Shown here one piece after another: positions 28,418 through 41,672 of a DNA stretch of 64,000 nucleotides (positions are counted from its first letter, which is position 1; each line of letters begins with the position of its first letter). The notes beneath the pieces were generated by a model, which had not been told where the DNA came from, did not search any database, and saw only the letters and a program-made list of their open reading frames with translations. This stretch comes from the human T2T-CHM13v2.0 reference genome, Homo sapiens. The stretch lies in the NCBI RefSeq assembly GCF_009914755.1, contig NC_060947.1; one strand, given 5' to 3'. Position numbers and translations under genes: made by a program.

Positions 28418-30992
28418 GTCTATGTGAATTTTTATTTCTCTTGTCAATATCAGTTGAGAGTCAGGATAAGTATGGGAACTGCGTCTGCTTGGTGGGGATC
28501 TTTTGCCTGGGAAGATCTACATAGATTTTGAGAAACACCTGGGTGCCCAGCATAGAATTCAGGAGTCCCAATGAACAGCTGAAACAAAGCCCTCTGAACC
28601 CCACTCTCATCCTGTGGCGTCATGAGCTGGTGGCTGCCCTGCCCTGCAATCCCAGCTTGGTACACGAGTTGTATTATTTTTAGAAGGCAAGGCTGTTTTC
28701 AGGTGAATGATTGGCCTCCAAGGGATATCATTTCATGTGATAAACACTGACAATTTCAAAGAAAGTGCCCTTTATGTAGGATCGTCCAATCATTTTTCTT
28801 TGTTTTATTTCATTGGTAAGTTTTTTATTTCATTGACAAGTTTTCATTTAATTTTTCTTTTCCTGGAAATTCATGGTTAAGGTGAAAATCAAATACGTGT
28901 CATTTTCAAATTCCTCCCTTTAGAACTCAGAGGTATTTGGAGTGTTTCCCCTTACCCCTGTAAAGTCATATTAGGGTTTTCTCATTTTTTAAAAAAAACA
29001 TTAACAAATGGAAGATTTTGTTTTCTTTTAAAAGAATGTTTCATACGAGAACAATCTAGAGCTCTGTTTCCGCTCTTTCCTTCTCCTGTTGCTATTCTGG
29101 GAATGGAATACAACCCATCTGTAAAACTGCACACAGATTCCAGCTGCAGACCAAGCTGCTGGGGTTTGTTAACACTTTTGGGGTTTCTTTTGTTTTATTG
29201 TTTTTTAACAGGGAAAGAAGAGTTGCTCCCAGGCAACATCCACCTTTTCTCCATGTGTTTCAGCATATATTTATATATATACTATACGGCTGTGTCTAGG
29301 TAATACAACGTACACTCGAGCCAGGCCATTACTTCATTTTTTAATTAGCTAGCAATTCAAGAAAACTTTTATCTTCACTAAATGAACATCCTAGATCATT
29401 TCTAAGCTTCATATGAATAGCTCATATCTGTTAAAAGTCTAATATGTACAGGTACCAGGCTAGGGGCTTTCCACTGGCCATTTCAATTCTTTCTCACTAT
29501 AAGCTTAAGAAACAGCTGCTGCTGTTGTCCCTATTTTATAGACGAGGGAAGTGATGTCCAAAGCTCAGAGCCAGGAGATGGTATAGAAAGAAGCGAAGCT
29601 GGTGGCCCCACTCTAGGCAGCCCTACTCTCTTCATCCCATTGCTACATCTCTTCCTGTTTCCTCTTGCTGGGCAGACCCAGCCATGGCATGGGGAAACGG
29701 GAAAACGAGCTTTAAAACAGGGCTGAATGAGGGTGAGGGGAGACACAGGTCTTGCTAAGTTCCAAAGCCAACCACCATTTCCTAGAGGCATGTACCTCCT
29801 CAGAGATTAGTAATCATGGCCCTACACTGGTGATTTGTAACTTCTTTTTTTGCCTCATAGACCCTTTGAGAACTCAATGCCAGCTACGGACTCTCACCAA
29901 ACAAGTGCATATTCACACCACATTTTCCAGGCAGTGCCAGGGGGTTCTTGAACTCTGAAAAACCACTGCTCAGGAGGTTTCAATTTTGTTCCTGCTATAT
30001 TCTTTCTTGAAGAAATGCAATGTTTCTTACACTTGGGAATTTCTCTTTTCCCTAAGGAGCAAAGCAAATAGCAAACTAAACAAAATAGAAGAAAACAAAA
30101 CAAACACAAGATAGCAAAACACCACAATTCAATAAAATACTGCTATTTTTTCCCAAAAAAGCACTGATTGGTCAACAATTTTTCTCATGCCCTTCTTTTA
30201 GACATCTTTAAGGTCTCACCAGTGAATGATGCATTGAATTTTAAGCACATATCAAAGAGAAAATATTATGTTCATTTTGTAGATGAGGAAGCTAAGACCA
30301 CCCCCCATCCCAACTCTGTTTTCCTTCCTCTTCCTCTCTTTCATAAAGACAAGTTATGCAGCAAGGTGCTGGCAGAACCTGTGTGAGCTTTCAAGCTTCT
30401 TGACAATCTGCTTCAGGTTTCATCTATGTTGCAATCCCCCCAAACAACACCCTAACAAATAGATAATACATACTAAAAAAATAGGGAAGAGAAGAAGTTG
30501 AAAAATATTGGTTTTTGACCATATTTTACAATTTGGTATTTAGTTTTACTCCAGTCTGCCCATTCCATATTCTCTACCTGCTCATGCCAAATCAACTAAA
30601 AAATAATAAATAACTCCTCTCTTGATCCTCTCCCTCTACCCTTGACTTCTAACAGAAGGGGTTTGGCTAACTCCCATCCCAATGCTGTGCTTATGTGGTC
30701 CATGTACTCAATCCCTACACACCCTTTGATGTGCATCTTAAATTCAACCTCCTCCATGAAGCCATTCCTAACTTTTCTGGCCCATGCTCATCACTTCTCC
30801 GAATGTCTGCAATGACTCTGCAGTGCATTCCCTAATTCTATATTTGCCTTGTGTCCTCACCTCCTCCACCTCTTAGATGCCATTGTATCCTGAGGCCAGT
30901 CATTAGAAAATTTCTGAGCAATAGTCGTTGGTTTACAGGAACCTAGGGTAGATGCTCAGGACATGCATGATTCAAATCCCAAGGCCATTCTT

Positions 30993-31106
30993 TCTTTCTT
31001 TCCTTCCTTCCTTCCTTCCTTCCTTCCTTCCTTCCTTCCTTCCTTCCTTCCTTCCTTTCTTTCTTTCTTTCTTTTTCTTTCTTTCTTTCTTTCTTTCTCT
31101 TTCTTT

Positions 31107-31162
<56 letters not shown>

Positions 31163-31180
31163 TCATTCATTTATTTATTT
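30993..31180. repeat. Compound microsatellite (TTCC)14 plus (TTTC)n derived from an Alu tail
   Basis: (TTCC)14 at 31000-31055, then interrupted TTTC arrays to about 31164 and ttca/ttta units. Confidence 0.95.
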
Positions 31181-31467
31181 TTGAGATGGAGTCTCGCTCT
31201 GTCACCCAGGCTGGAGTGCAGTGGCGTGATCTCGGAGCACTGCAAGCTCCGCCTCCCAGGTTCACACCATTCTCCTGCCTCAGCCTCCTGAGTAGCTGGG
31301 ACTACAGGCACCCACCACCACGCCCGGCTAATTTTTTTTGTATTTTTTTAGTAGAGACAGGGTTTCACCATGTTAGCCAGGATGGTCTCGATCTCCTGAC
31401 CTCGTGATCCGCCCACCTCGGCCTCCCAAAGTGCTGGGATTACAGGCGTGAGCCACCGCGCCTGGCC
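31181..31467 (-). mobile_element. Full-length AluY with 14-bp TSD ccaaggccattctt
   Basis: AluY diagnostics (gcaagctccgcctccc, gttagccaggatggtctcgatctcctgacctcgtgatc). TSD at 30979-30992 and 31470-31483. Confidence 0.96.
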
Positions 31468-32088
31468 CGCCAAGGCCATTCTTACATGGAAATGTTTATA
31501 ATAGGAATTGCTGTTGTCCATATTACTATTGATACAAAAGCCTCCTAACTCACTCTCCCTTTGTCTCTAGCCAATCTACAACGTGGATCATATCACCCAT
31601 TAGTTGAATCCTTCCAAGGATTCACAGCTTAAAAGAATCAACCACCTGCCCTGCACAGAGGCATTCAGCAATTTATGAACATGGCCCAATTTCCCATTGT
31701 CTCCCTCAGTACTTCACTGCTCCGTAGCCTTTACTACAGTTCACAATGGCTGTGAGAGCTGCCTGCTCTCCTGTCACTGCTAACGATTTCACGGAAGCAA
31801 TGCTTTCCTTATATTTCTCCTGCTGCTTTAATCTTTGGCTATTAGTCTTTCATTTTGATGCAATGTTCAGGTCAAGAGTGTCTAGAAACCCTCGTAAACC
31901 CTGGCTTCCTTTTACAACTTCACTGTCACCAGGATAATTCCATATTCCTTACAGTAAACTAGGTCTCTCAACCACTCTTCAAGGCTGGTTGAAGAATTTT
32001 CATTCCTCAAGTTCAGATGAGGAGACCCAGGTATAGGAAGGTTAATAGATTTTTCTAACAACACATGGTCAGTGAATTAAAGAGCTAT

Positions 32089-32319
32089 CAAGCGCTCTCA
32101 ACCAGGGGTGATTTTGAACCCTTCTCCTCAGGGGAGACCTGGAAATGTTTGGAGATATTTTTGGTTGTCACAACTTGGTGGGAGAGGAGATGTACTGCTA
32201 CTGGCATCTAGTGGGAAGAGGCCGGGGATGCTGCTAAACATCCTACAATGCACAGGACGGCCCCATGACAAAGAATTCCTAGCTCCAAATATCAATTGTG
32301 CAGAGGCTGAGAAACCATG
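32089..32319 (+). mobile_element. MER20 MITE, full length
   Basis: tctcaaccaggggtgattttg...tttttggttgtcacaact...ctactggcatctagtggg...gatgctgctaaacatcctacaatgcacaggac...gaggctgagaaacc. Confidence 0.9.
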
Positions 32320-32703
32320 ACCTAGACCCCAGTACATTTTTTTTTTCTTCTAATTCCTATTCTGTACGTCTTTTCTCTTAGACTGGCTCAGGTTCTATGC
32401 ACAGCTTGGACTTTGCTAGTAAGGGGACCAACCCAACCCATTAACCAGTATAACGACATTGTCCTTCTTCAAGATCTTTTTCTATCATCCACTGGGATAC
32501 TGTCCTAATAACTCTGCAAATCTCCAGTGACTATGGGGTCCATGGCACCTCCCCTAGAGTTGTGAAATGCACTAATATGCCACTCGTACAACCTTAAGTG
32601 GAAGCTCTCTGTGGGTTGCTAGGTAAGTTACTTAGCTCCCCTGGCCCTAAGTTTTCACTTCTGAAACATGGAGACAGTGATATCTCTTTTGCCTGTTAAG
32701 AGG

Positions 32704-32706
32704 ATT

Positions 32707-32746
<40 letters not shown>

Positions 32747-32776
32747 CATATATTTATATATTTATATGTATTTGCA

Positions 32777-32832
<56 letters not shown>
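32704..32832. repeat. Interrupted (TA)16...(TA)26 microsatellite
   Basis: Direct reading; punctuated by three ATTTGCAT motifs. Confidence 0.95.
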
Positions 32833-32836
<4 letters not shown>

Positions 32837-34582
32837 CCCTAGCACAAAGCCAGCTCATGGAAGGAGAGACATAAATGGTAGCTAATATTCCAGCATGCTG
32901 TTTCATTTACACCTGTCCAAGAATATTTTCTTCTTTTTGGCATAGGCAATGGAGACTTGTTCAGCAATTGAATGGAAAGAATGTCTGAAAATGATTCTAA
33001 AAGGGCAACAATGAGTTCGATTGGAACTTTTGCTTTCCTCAATGCCTTCCTAATTACCTGAGACCCAATTTTCTCCTTCTCACACAGTACTTAAGAAATG
33101 TCAGAGAAGTAACTGGAGTACCTTTAAACACAGAGCTCTGCTTTCCCCCAGCAATTAGGCAGATCATGCTACAGCTTCTGTTATAACTGTAGTTGATAGA
33201 GGTTGGCATCCAAATGAGTAATAAAACTACTTAACAATTATGAGAATTATAGTATGCCCATCAAAGAGCTGTGTATGCTGAAATAAGGTGTCAGTGCCAC
33301 ATTATGAAACCTGAAGCCATCTGGGGCTTCACTAATTATAACTGCTATAGAGATAAATGGCTAAGTCAGGAGAGTTCCATTCTCACACCCGTAAGGAGGA
33401 GGACGAGAAGAAATGCAGAATTGCCTTTCTGGATTAGAGTGAAAAAAATTATACATAACCACGTTCTTTGGGAAAGAAATTTGACAAACACAGAACTGAA
33501 GCTGCAGTGCAGCTGAGCTTTGTTTAACAAGAATTTACAAAAAAGTTTCTGTGGTTAAGTAAGTTTGGAATGCCTCTGGCCCCTTCTTATTGATTTACAG
33601 TGCATGTTAGCTTATTAAGGAGTCTAAAACCTCCTGAGGAATCCGAGGTCAGGGAGAGGTATAACTGCATGGTATCAAAGAGGGAAGGGGGTGTCTCTTG
33701 TTAAGGTGAAGATTAAATACGTTGCCCATAAGTAAGCAACTTAAAATTCAAGCCAGCATCTCATTTGTCCAAGGGTGAAACAAAAAAAAAAATCTTGAAA
33801 TATATGAGTGTAACCAAAGAGAACCAGAACCCAAGATCTTAGATTTGGTGGGCGGGGGGGGGGCACACTGGGGCCTGAGTGGGGATCAGATCCAACAAGA
33901 ACATTTCTAAAGAGTCTGTGGGACTATGTACAACCTGCTTTGAGCAGTTGATACCATGTGACATCAAGACACAATGGCAATGGTCAGCAGATCAGACCCA
34001 GTTTCCTCCACACCTGGTTTGGAAGCAGGACTGACCCTCCCTTGCATCGAGCAAGTCCCTGTTTTGGGGGGAGAGTTTAAGAAAGGAAAGGATCCCTTGA
34101 AAGGGAGACACTAGACTTCTTGCTCATAGTGCAGATGGGAGCTCCAGGGATAAACTGGAAGAATAAAGAGGTGACATCATATTTGGGCTCCAAGTTATAG
34201 AAGCAGGTAAAATCAATTATAAGGATAACAATCTCCTCCCACCCCCATCATTCCACTTTTACATGGTTGCAAGCACTTCTGTAGTTCACTGTTTTTCTTC
34301 TTTACAAACGGAAGTTCAGAGTCTTGAGTAAAGCCTCACCATGGAAAATGACAGCCTCATTTGGAAGCATACTTGAAACATATAAGGAGGCTCATGGCCC
34401 ATGCACTTTTAGGAACTGTGCCTCCAGAGAAGGCCCTGCATTAGTCTCTTCCTACAGAGACAGCTAGGTTGGAGAAGGGGAGACATCATTACCTCCAGGC
34501 AAAATGGCCATTTTGGTGGTATGCCCTTTTAAAATAGGGGAGAGGAAGAGTCACGGCATCTATGGCAGCAAAGGCATCTTAC

Positions 34583-34731
34583 CTCTTGCCCATCTTTGCT
34601 GATGTTGTCATCGGCATGCCTGGCCACGATGGAGAGGAACTGTAGCAGGCGGTGGAGGGTGTCGCAGTTGCAGGGAGGTAGAAGGTATATGAGGAGCTGC
34701 AAGGTGCCCAGCTGTTCCTCCGGCTCCAACA
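34583..34731 (-). CDS. ARHGAP6: ARHGAP6 coding exon 8 (149 nt): (L)[32 protein letters not shown]...KDGQE
   Basis: Acceptor ccttgcttag|TGTTGG and donor CAAGAG|gtaaga. RhoGAP LPxxNxxTLxxLLxFL motif; phase 1 to 0. Confidence 0.97.
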
Positions 34732-35784
34732 CTAAGCAAGGCAAAAAGAGGTACTCAAATAAAAGGGGAGCCCATACTATTCAGGCACAGAGGAAAGGCC
34801 TCCTCTCAATTGTCTTAAGAAAGGGATTATCAAGGCAATTCCCATTTCATGCCTTCACTCATTTGCCCATTGCTTTAGCAATTTACCAGCAAGATTCTAT
34901 GAAAGATATAAAGCCAAATTAGACCTCGAGAAGTGTAATACCTAGAAAAATAACTGTAATCCAGGTAAAAAAAAAAAAAAGGTAACTCAATTTCCCTTAC
35001 TTTCTTCTCCCCCCTTCCCTGGCATTACTCATCACCTAGTTTAAGGATTTCAGTCTTCCATTTTTGGTAAATATTTATTAACAATGGCTGAAAATTGGTG
35101 AACATTCTGAAATTTGAGTTTATAATGGATTTAAGGCTCTTTTCTGTTGAGCAATTCACAAGGGACAGATATTTTGTTGGCAATAACCAAGATACAGCAA
35201 AGCCAATGTCTTCTCTCTCCGTTGTGATCCTATTTGAATGGCAGCATTGGAGGAAGAAATGTATGGAGGTTGACCCAGGTTTGGCCTATCTCTCCTCTAC
35301 CTCCTCCTTTTTTTCTTCTTCATGGGATCTGTAGCTACAGCCCAGAAGCAGCTATGTTGAAAGCCCTGGCACTGGGCTATGGCATCTTGCTTCTCCTGGA
35401 ATGTTGCTGCCCTCCTTTCTCACTCTGGGTTCTCGTGGTTCCCTCCTTCTTCGTACCAGAAACACAAACTCATTTTTAGGCACAGACTCAATGTGAACTC
35501 TTGTTGGTACTCTAAGCACTAACTCATAGTACTTTTTACTGTTCTTGGGTTATTTGAAAGCATCTCAAATTCTTCTTGGCTATTTCCATTTGTTTTATTG
35601 TAACTTTCTTCTTGCTAATTATTCCCAGGGTAAATCTGAGAAATTCCCTCAAATAGCTCACTCTTTAGAGATTGATAAATAAGGACAAAAAGTTATCAGG
35701 AAACATATGCATAAAGTTATGATGAATGAGTTGGACATCTTAGTATTCCAGGGCCACTTTCCCACATATGGCTGTATTACGCAC

Positions 35785-35935
35785 AGAGAGTGTTGATGAA
35801 AGCTGTGTACAGCTCCCTGGTGAGAAGGGGGTCTGGCATGTCCCTCAGGAACTCTTTCAGCAAGGCTGCCACATCATGAACACTGTGCTCCTCCTCCAGA
35901 GAGACATCAATCCCACGGTCAAATTCCTCACGTAA
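35785..35935 (-). CDS. ARHGAP6: ARHGAP6 coding exon 7 (151 nt): [50 protein letters not shown](L)
   Basis: Read by hand (not in the ORF track). Acceptor gttcttccag|TTACGT and donor CTCTCT|gtgcgt. Rho[19 protein letters not shown] motif; phase 0 to 1. Confidence 0.97.
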
Positions 35936-36111
35936 CTGGAAGAACAATGGTTCGAGTGGCAGTCACATAACACCATACCTCAATGAGCAGTGCCCAGCAG
36001 GAGAAGTGCTGTGACACGTAGCATCTGGAATTAAGACTGCACAGACCCCAAGAAGGGGAAGCAAACAACATCCTCACCTTGATCTGCCGAGTTGACACAG
36101 TCCAGCTATGA

Positions 36112-36268
36112 ATATGTGTGTGTGTGTGTGTATACATATATATGTATATATATGAGTATACACATGTATATATGTATACATATATACAATATATGTATTG
36201 TATATATATGTATTGTATATGTATATACATATATATGTATATGTATACATATATATATATATATATAA
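36112..36268. repeat. (TG)/(TA)-rich simple repeat
   Basis: Direct reading; about 180 nt upstream of the exon 7 acceptor. Confidence 0.9.
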
Positions 36269-38545
36269 GCATTATTAAATAAAACTATCTGTGGATTTAT
36301 TGTTAATGATGTATGCAGAAGGGCTTGGTAATGACAACCAGGTTAGGAGGAACACCTAAGAGGTAGAAGACAATTTAGGTCAGCTATAAATGTGGGAGGG
36401 AGGAATTAATCTATTACACAGCATTTCTGTGTGTCACCAATCCTGCCATGTTTGGATGTTGATATTTTACTGAGTCACTCTATAAGAAAGCAAAGAGATT
36501 TTTTTTTTCTGCAAAAATGAAATTAAGAGCCCTGATAACACATTTATGACTAAGACTTAAAAGATGACAATAACTAAATAAAAGCTGTCTTAGATTTGTC
36601 AAAGTAGTCTTATTAACAATTACCAGAAGGATTCCCTGCCTTAATCATTATACTAGGTCTATTATCACTTGCAGCAGCAAGAAAACACAGTAGCAAGGGA
36701 GTAATAACTCCACACCCTACTTTTATCTCTAGCAGCTCAACTTTTCGTATGCATTGTTCTCTGCTGTAGAAATAATTATGTAACTTCATAAACCTACACT
36801 ATGCAAAAAACTTCTCTAAGAGTTCATTTGTTTTCAATCTTTCATCCATCCATTCATTCAACAAAGATTACTACGCATTTCCTGTGTCAGACCCTGTTAC
36901 AGGCTCACAAAATACACTAGTGAGTAAAGAGGCAAAGTCCCTCTAGAGAAACAATGTGATAAGCAGGTAATCCCACAAATAATTCACTCTTAACATTGTG
37001 GCTAGTGATCTAAGGAAAAAGTGCAGGGTGCTAAGGGGTTATATAACAAAGTAAAATGATGAGTGAGTTAGGGCATATTTCATACTTGAAATCTACTTCT
37101 AAGTAAACACTAATTATATTTTTATTGGGTAATCCTTAAATACAACTCCATGCAAAGGTTTCCCCTTTAATGGATCCCGATATAACTGATGAGTAATTTC
37201 TGGCACTCGCTACCTGTCCACCTGATGAGAATGAATACCCATCACTGTCCTGAACTACTCATTGATTCCAGACAGCACGCCATCAGCGTGTGTCAGGCAG
37301 CCAAAACAAAGAAGACTTCCACTGGCACTCCTCCAACTTGTGATCATTCAAACACACCATGCTTCTTTTCTGAGTATACGTACATGCAGAAAGAATGGAA
37401 CATGCAAAGAGTTTGGCCTATGAAGTTAATGGTGACTGGTTAAACTGTGTGATCTTGAATTATGTTTCTTAATCTCTATAAGCCTTGACAGAAGTGGGTC
37501 AAAGGGGCTACACTCACAGCCGGTTGGCAGATTCAGTGAGATAATATTTGTAAAAATATTCTGCAATTCTGCACAGAAATGTTACTGTACTATCTTTCTT
37601 CCTGCAAGTTCTGTTGTGAAACATTAAATGTTGATCCATTTAATGTTTCTTGTGTAACTATTAAGAATAAAAACCAACCAACCAATCAGAAAACATATTT
37701 CTGTTGAAAGCCTTTTTTGTCTTGACAAAAAAGATAAATGAGGTATTTATTTCAATTACTTTCAATAATATGAACAAATATCATTTCTTCAGCTTCTTCC
37801 AACTAAAATTTATTTTCATTTGAATTCATTTTTGAGTTGCTGAGTTCCTTATCTCCTTCCATTGAAAACAACAGGAAGAAAATAATGCTTTAATTTTCCT
37901 TCACCAACAAATGAACTCTTTTCTCAAAGGATGGTTTGCCTTTTATGAAGCCATCATGAACACAAATACCTGCCTCATCACAGGAACCTATTGTTGAAGG
38001 TCTAATATCAAACTTCAGTTGCAGGAATGTTGCACAGGGCTGAAGGAAACAAAGGAGCACAGTCTCTATGTGAAAAGCAAACTGGGGGTCAATGGTTCTA
38101 TGGAAACTTCATAAGAATTATTTATTTTTGATAAAGTAAAGCTATAAACATAGCATCTTATGTGAAGGGAATGTTAATGGCATTTTTCATATCACATTTT
38201 AGTAAAAGCGGGTGCTACATACAACTTTATATCATTTATTGATCAGTCACTCTGAATTTCCTGCTTTTGCAATTTTCAATAAGATGTTTATAAATTAGTT
38301 TTGTTTGGCTGCACGTGGCACAGATACATCCAGACATTTTGCTTTCAAGTGTTTGATCCTAACTGTAACAACATTTCTGAGTTGTTGCCTTTTACCTCCT
38401 GGAATTCAATTATATTATAATAGCTTGGAGGGTAAAAAAAAAAAAAAAGATAATCAAAATGGAATTTGCATAAACTTGAACTTTGCAAAAGGTAATTCAA
38501 TTGAAAGTCATGTGAAACAAAATATAATCTTTACTTTTCACTTAC

Positions 38546-38601
38546 TTGTCTCACTCTCTTTTTTGAGCTTCCAACTCGGAATATCCCCACTGTCTGGAGG
38601 C
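38546..38601 (-). CDS. ARHGAP6: ARHGAP6 coding exon 6 (56 nt): (G)LQTVGIFRVGSSKKRVRQ, catalytic arginine finger
   Basis: Read by hand. Acceptor cttatttgcag|GCCTCC and donor AGACAA|gtaagt. GIFR motif; phase 1 to 0. Confidence 0.96.
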
Positions 38602-39079
38602 CTGCAAATAAGCAAACAAAATGAACAGTCTTGTTTCATGGCTTGAGACCCTGGAGGAAATCAAAATACAGAGCAGAATGCCAGCACAGTGCCGTAACAT
38701 GTAGAGCAATAGTAACTTGACAGCATACAGTAATGCTTCTTTCATCTCACACTATTTCTATTATCCAGATACTTAAAGGTCAGCCCTTTAAGCACCAGAA
38801 TTTTACGTTAAATGTTTCTGATCAAATATTTTTCTTGTGATATTTTATATTTCTAATCTTCTCCTTATCAGAGAAAATGAGCTTTTGTCCATTATCCAGA
38901 ATTATTACCTAAACACACATTTTATAGGGATTCTAACTCTTTATTAATTTCTAAAAGATATTTCTTGTTCGTCTGATCATAATTAAAGTGTGCTTCTTAA
39001 AGAAAATCTAGAAAATGCGGAAAAATGTAAAAATAATATACTTTTAGAAATACCTGATGCAGAAATAATCACTCTTCAT

Positions 39080-39398
39080 TTTCTTTTCTTTTCTTTCTTT
39101 CTTTTTTTTCCTTTTTTCTTTTTTTTTTTTTTTTTTGAGATAGATTCTCACTTTGTTGTCCAGGCTGGAGTACAGTGACGTGATTACGGCTCACTGCAGT
39201 CTTGACCTTCTGGGCTGCAGTGATTCTCCCACCTTAGCGTCCAGGGTAGCTGGTACTGCCAGCACATGCCTCCATGCCTGACTAATTTTTGTATTTTCTG
39301 GAGAGACAGGGTTTTGCCATGTTCCCAGGCTCAAGCGATCCACCTGCCTCAACCTCCAAAATTGCTGAGATTACAGGTGTGAGCCACTGTGCCTAGCT
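39080..39398 (-). mobile_element. AluJ with long T-rich tail and small internal deletion
   Basis: gagatagattctcactttgttgtccaggctggagtacagtg...gttcccaggctcaagcgatccacctgcctc...gagccactgtgcctagc. Confidence 0.9.
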
Positions 39399-39580
39399 AA
39401 TCTTTCATTTTTTAAAATCCAGCCTTTTCTACATGAATGTAGGTATTTTTACATAGTTGAGATCACACTGCATATATATAATATCTATTGACAGAGAGAA
39501 TGTTACTGCCTTCCCTCACTATCGTGTCGCATGAATTTTCACTCATGCTAGTAACAATTCCTTATAAATGTCACTTAAAA

Positions 39581-39720
39581 GGGACAAAAGACTACAAATT
39601 GGGTGTAGTGTATACTGCTCGGGTGATGGGTGCACCAAAATCTCACAAACCACCACTAAAGAACTTACTCATGTAACCAAATACCACCTGTTCCCCCAAA
39701 ATCTATGGAGATATAAAAAA
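39581..39720 (+). mobile_element. L1PB-like 3' end fragment
   Basis: aaaagactacaaattgggtgtagtgtatactgctcgggtgatgggtgcaccaaaatctcacaaaccaccactaaagaacttactcatgtaacc. Confidence 0.8.
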
Positions 39721-40459
39721 GATGCAAAATATTCTATTGTATGAATGGGCCATAATTTACTCCATATTCCCCTCTGAATGGTGCACAGGTCCCCAAAATA
39801 TACATGCTTATTTTTCTACTATAAATGACCCTATTGTGAACAATTCTGTGCACACGTTTTTGTTCACATTTCTGATTGCTTTTCCTAGGATCATGTCCTA
39901 GATGTGAAAATATAGTGTCAGTGCTGAGGTTGAGAAACTCATTTCTAAAAAATTAGGTCTCTTAAAAACACAAGTAATTTCACTATCACATATTAGAAAT
40001 TTCAACAATAGTTCCTTAATAGCATTAAATTTCCAGTCAACATCCACATAAAGGTCACACACTGTCATATGGTCGATGTGCCTTTTAGTCTCTTAATCTG
40101 TGTTTCCTCCCTCTGTCTCCTTTTTCCTTATAATTGTTTTGGTGAAGAAATCTCAGTGATTTCCTACTGTAGATCTTCATATTGTTTGGATTTGGACACT
40201 CCATAGTGTCATTTGTATGTTCTTCTCCCTCTTTTATTTTCTGTAAAGAGATAGCTAGAGCCAGACATTACTCTGATTGCGGTGTGATTTTATAGGGCAA
40301 GAATACTTCACAAAAAGTATTGTGTACTTCCTTTGGGAGCATGAAACGTCTGAATGGCTCTCCTTTTTCTATGCCAGTCATTGATCATTGCCATTGATGA
40401 GCATCATGTATATTAATTCTTTCATTGGTGGCTCATTTTCTCTTCATTTGAGACAATCA

Positions 40460-40712
40460 GTTATGAGAGTGATGGGATATTGGAGCTGCTAACCGCCATT
40501 TGAAGCCACATGAAGAGAACTGTCTGAGAATAAAGCCAGCAAACAGAGGACACTCATGACATCGTTTGAATCCTGGATCCAGCCGTGCCTAAATCTAGAT
40601 CACGCTCCCAGTATATAAAGATTGTTGTTGTTATTTGGGGGAGGTCACTTTGCTTAATCTAGTTTTTTCTGAGTTCCTTTCTCTTGCCACTGAAAAATTT
40701 ATGACTAGTACA
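40460..40712 (+). mobile_element. MLT1 (K/L-like) LTR fragment
   Basis: ggagctgctaaccgccatttg...gacatcgtttgaatcctggatccagccgtgcctaaa...atgactagtaca. Confidence 0.55.
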
Positions 40713-40740
40713 ATATATAATTAAATCAGAAAGAATTGTA

Positions 40741-40870
40741 TTTTTTTAAATATAGAATTGGGGTCTTGCTATATTGCCCTGGCTGGTCTCAAACTCCCAG
40801 GCTCAAGGGATCTTCTTGCCTTGGCCTCCCAAAGTGTTGGGATGACAGGCGTGAGCCACGGTGCCCAGCC
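40741..40870 (-). mobile_element. Alu left monomer (FLAM-like)
   Basis: ggggtcttgctatattgccctggctggtctcaaactcccaggctcaag...gtgagccacggtgcccagcc. Confidence 0.85.
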
Positions 40871-41336
40871 TTAAATCTTTATAACATTATTTCTTTACAT
40901 CCAGAAACAAAGTAAACATCTCAATTTGTTTTAGTTGTGTTTTCTATCTCTTGGTAGAAAGAGAATAGTCCCACCTGTGTAGAAAATGTCCTTATGTGAT
41001 ATCTTGCTTCTGTAGAAATTTTAATTATTCAGAAACCATGTGAAAATAAAAAAATAAATGCAGCCAAAATTAAAATTACTGTGACCTACTATTGAAGTTT
41101 TCTATTTCGTACATAGAAGATTCATTCAGTTCACTCAGAGTCTATTTCTCTCTATATAATAATATATGCCAGGTACTATTCTAAGTACTGTATGCACATT
41201 AATTAATTGAATCATTGCACAACTTTTGAGGTGGGTACTTACGTTCATTTTGCAGATGAAGAAATATAATCCTGTATTTTATTCTAAATAGTGTGATTAT
41301 CCGGTTTTCAAGCTTCCAAAGTGATAGAAGCAATAA

Positions 41337-41623
41337 ATTAGGCAATTTCATTATTGTGCAAACACCATAGAGTGTACATACACCACCCTAGATGGTATAG
41401 CCTACTATACACCTAGGCCATATGGTAGAGCCTAGTGCTCCTACATTACAAACCTGTACAGCATGCGACTGTGCTGAATACTGTAGGTAACTGTAACAAA
41501 ATCTTAAGTATTTGTGTATCTAAATATAGTAAAGGTACAGTAAAAATACAGTATTATAACCTTATGCAATCACCATTGCCTATGCAGTCAGTCAATGAGG
41601 GGAATGTCATTATGTGGTGCATG

Positions 41624-41627
<4 letters not shown>
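41337..41627 (+). mobile_element. Tigger3a/MER7A-like TcMar-Tigger element
   Basis: ttaggcaatttcattattgtgcaaacaccatagagtgtac...ctagatggtatagcctact...tcattatgtggtgcatgactgt. Confidence 0.8.
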
Positions 41628-41669
<42 letters not shown>

Positions 41670-41672
41670 TGT
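41626..41672. repeat. (TG)n microsatellite at the end of the Tigger element
   Basis: About 18 perfect TG units, then interrupted. Confidence 0.95.

Noticed and set aside
30943-31407. Lys/Glu/Arg-rich and Phe/Leu/Ser-rich ORFs
   Set aside because: Artefacts of the TTCC/TTTC microsatellite and the adjacent Alu.
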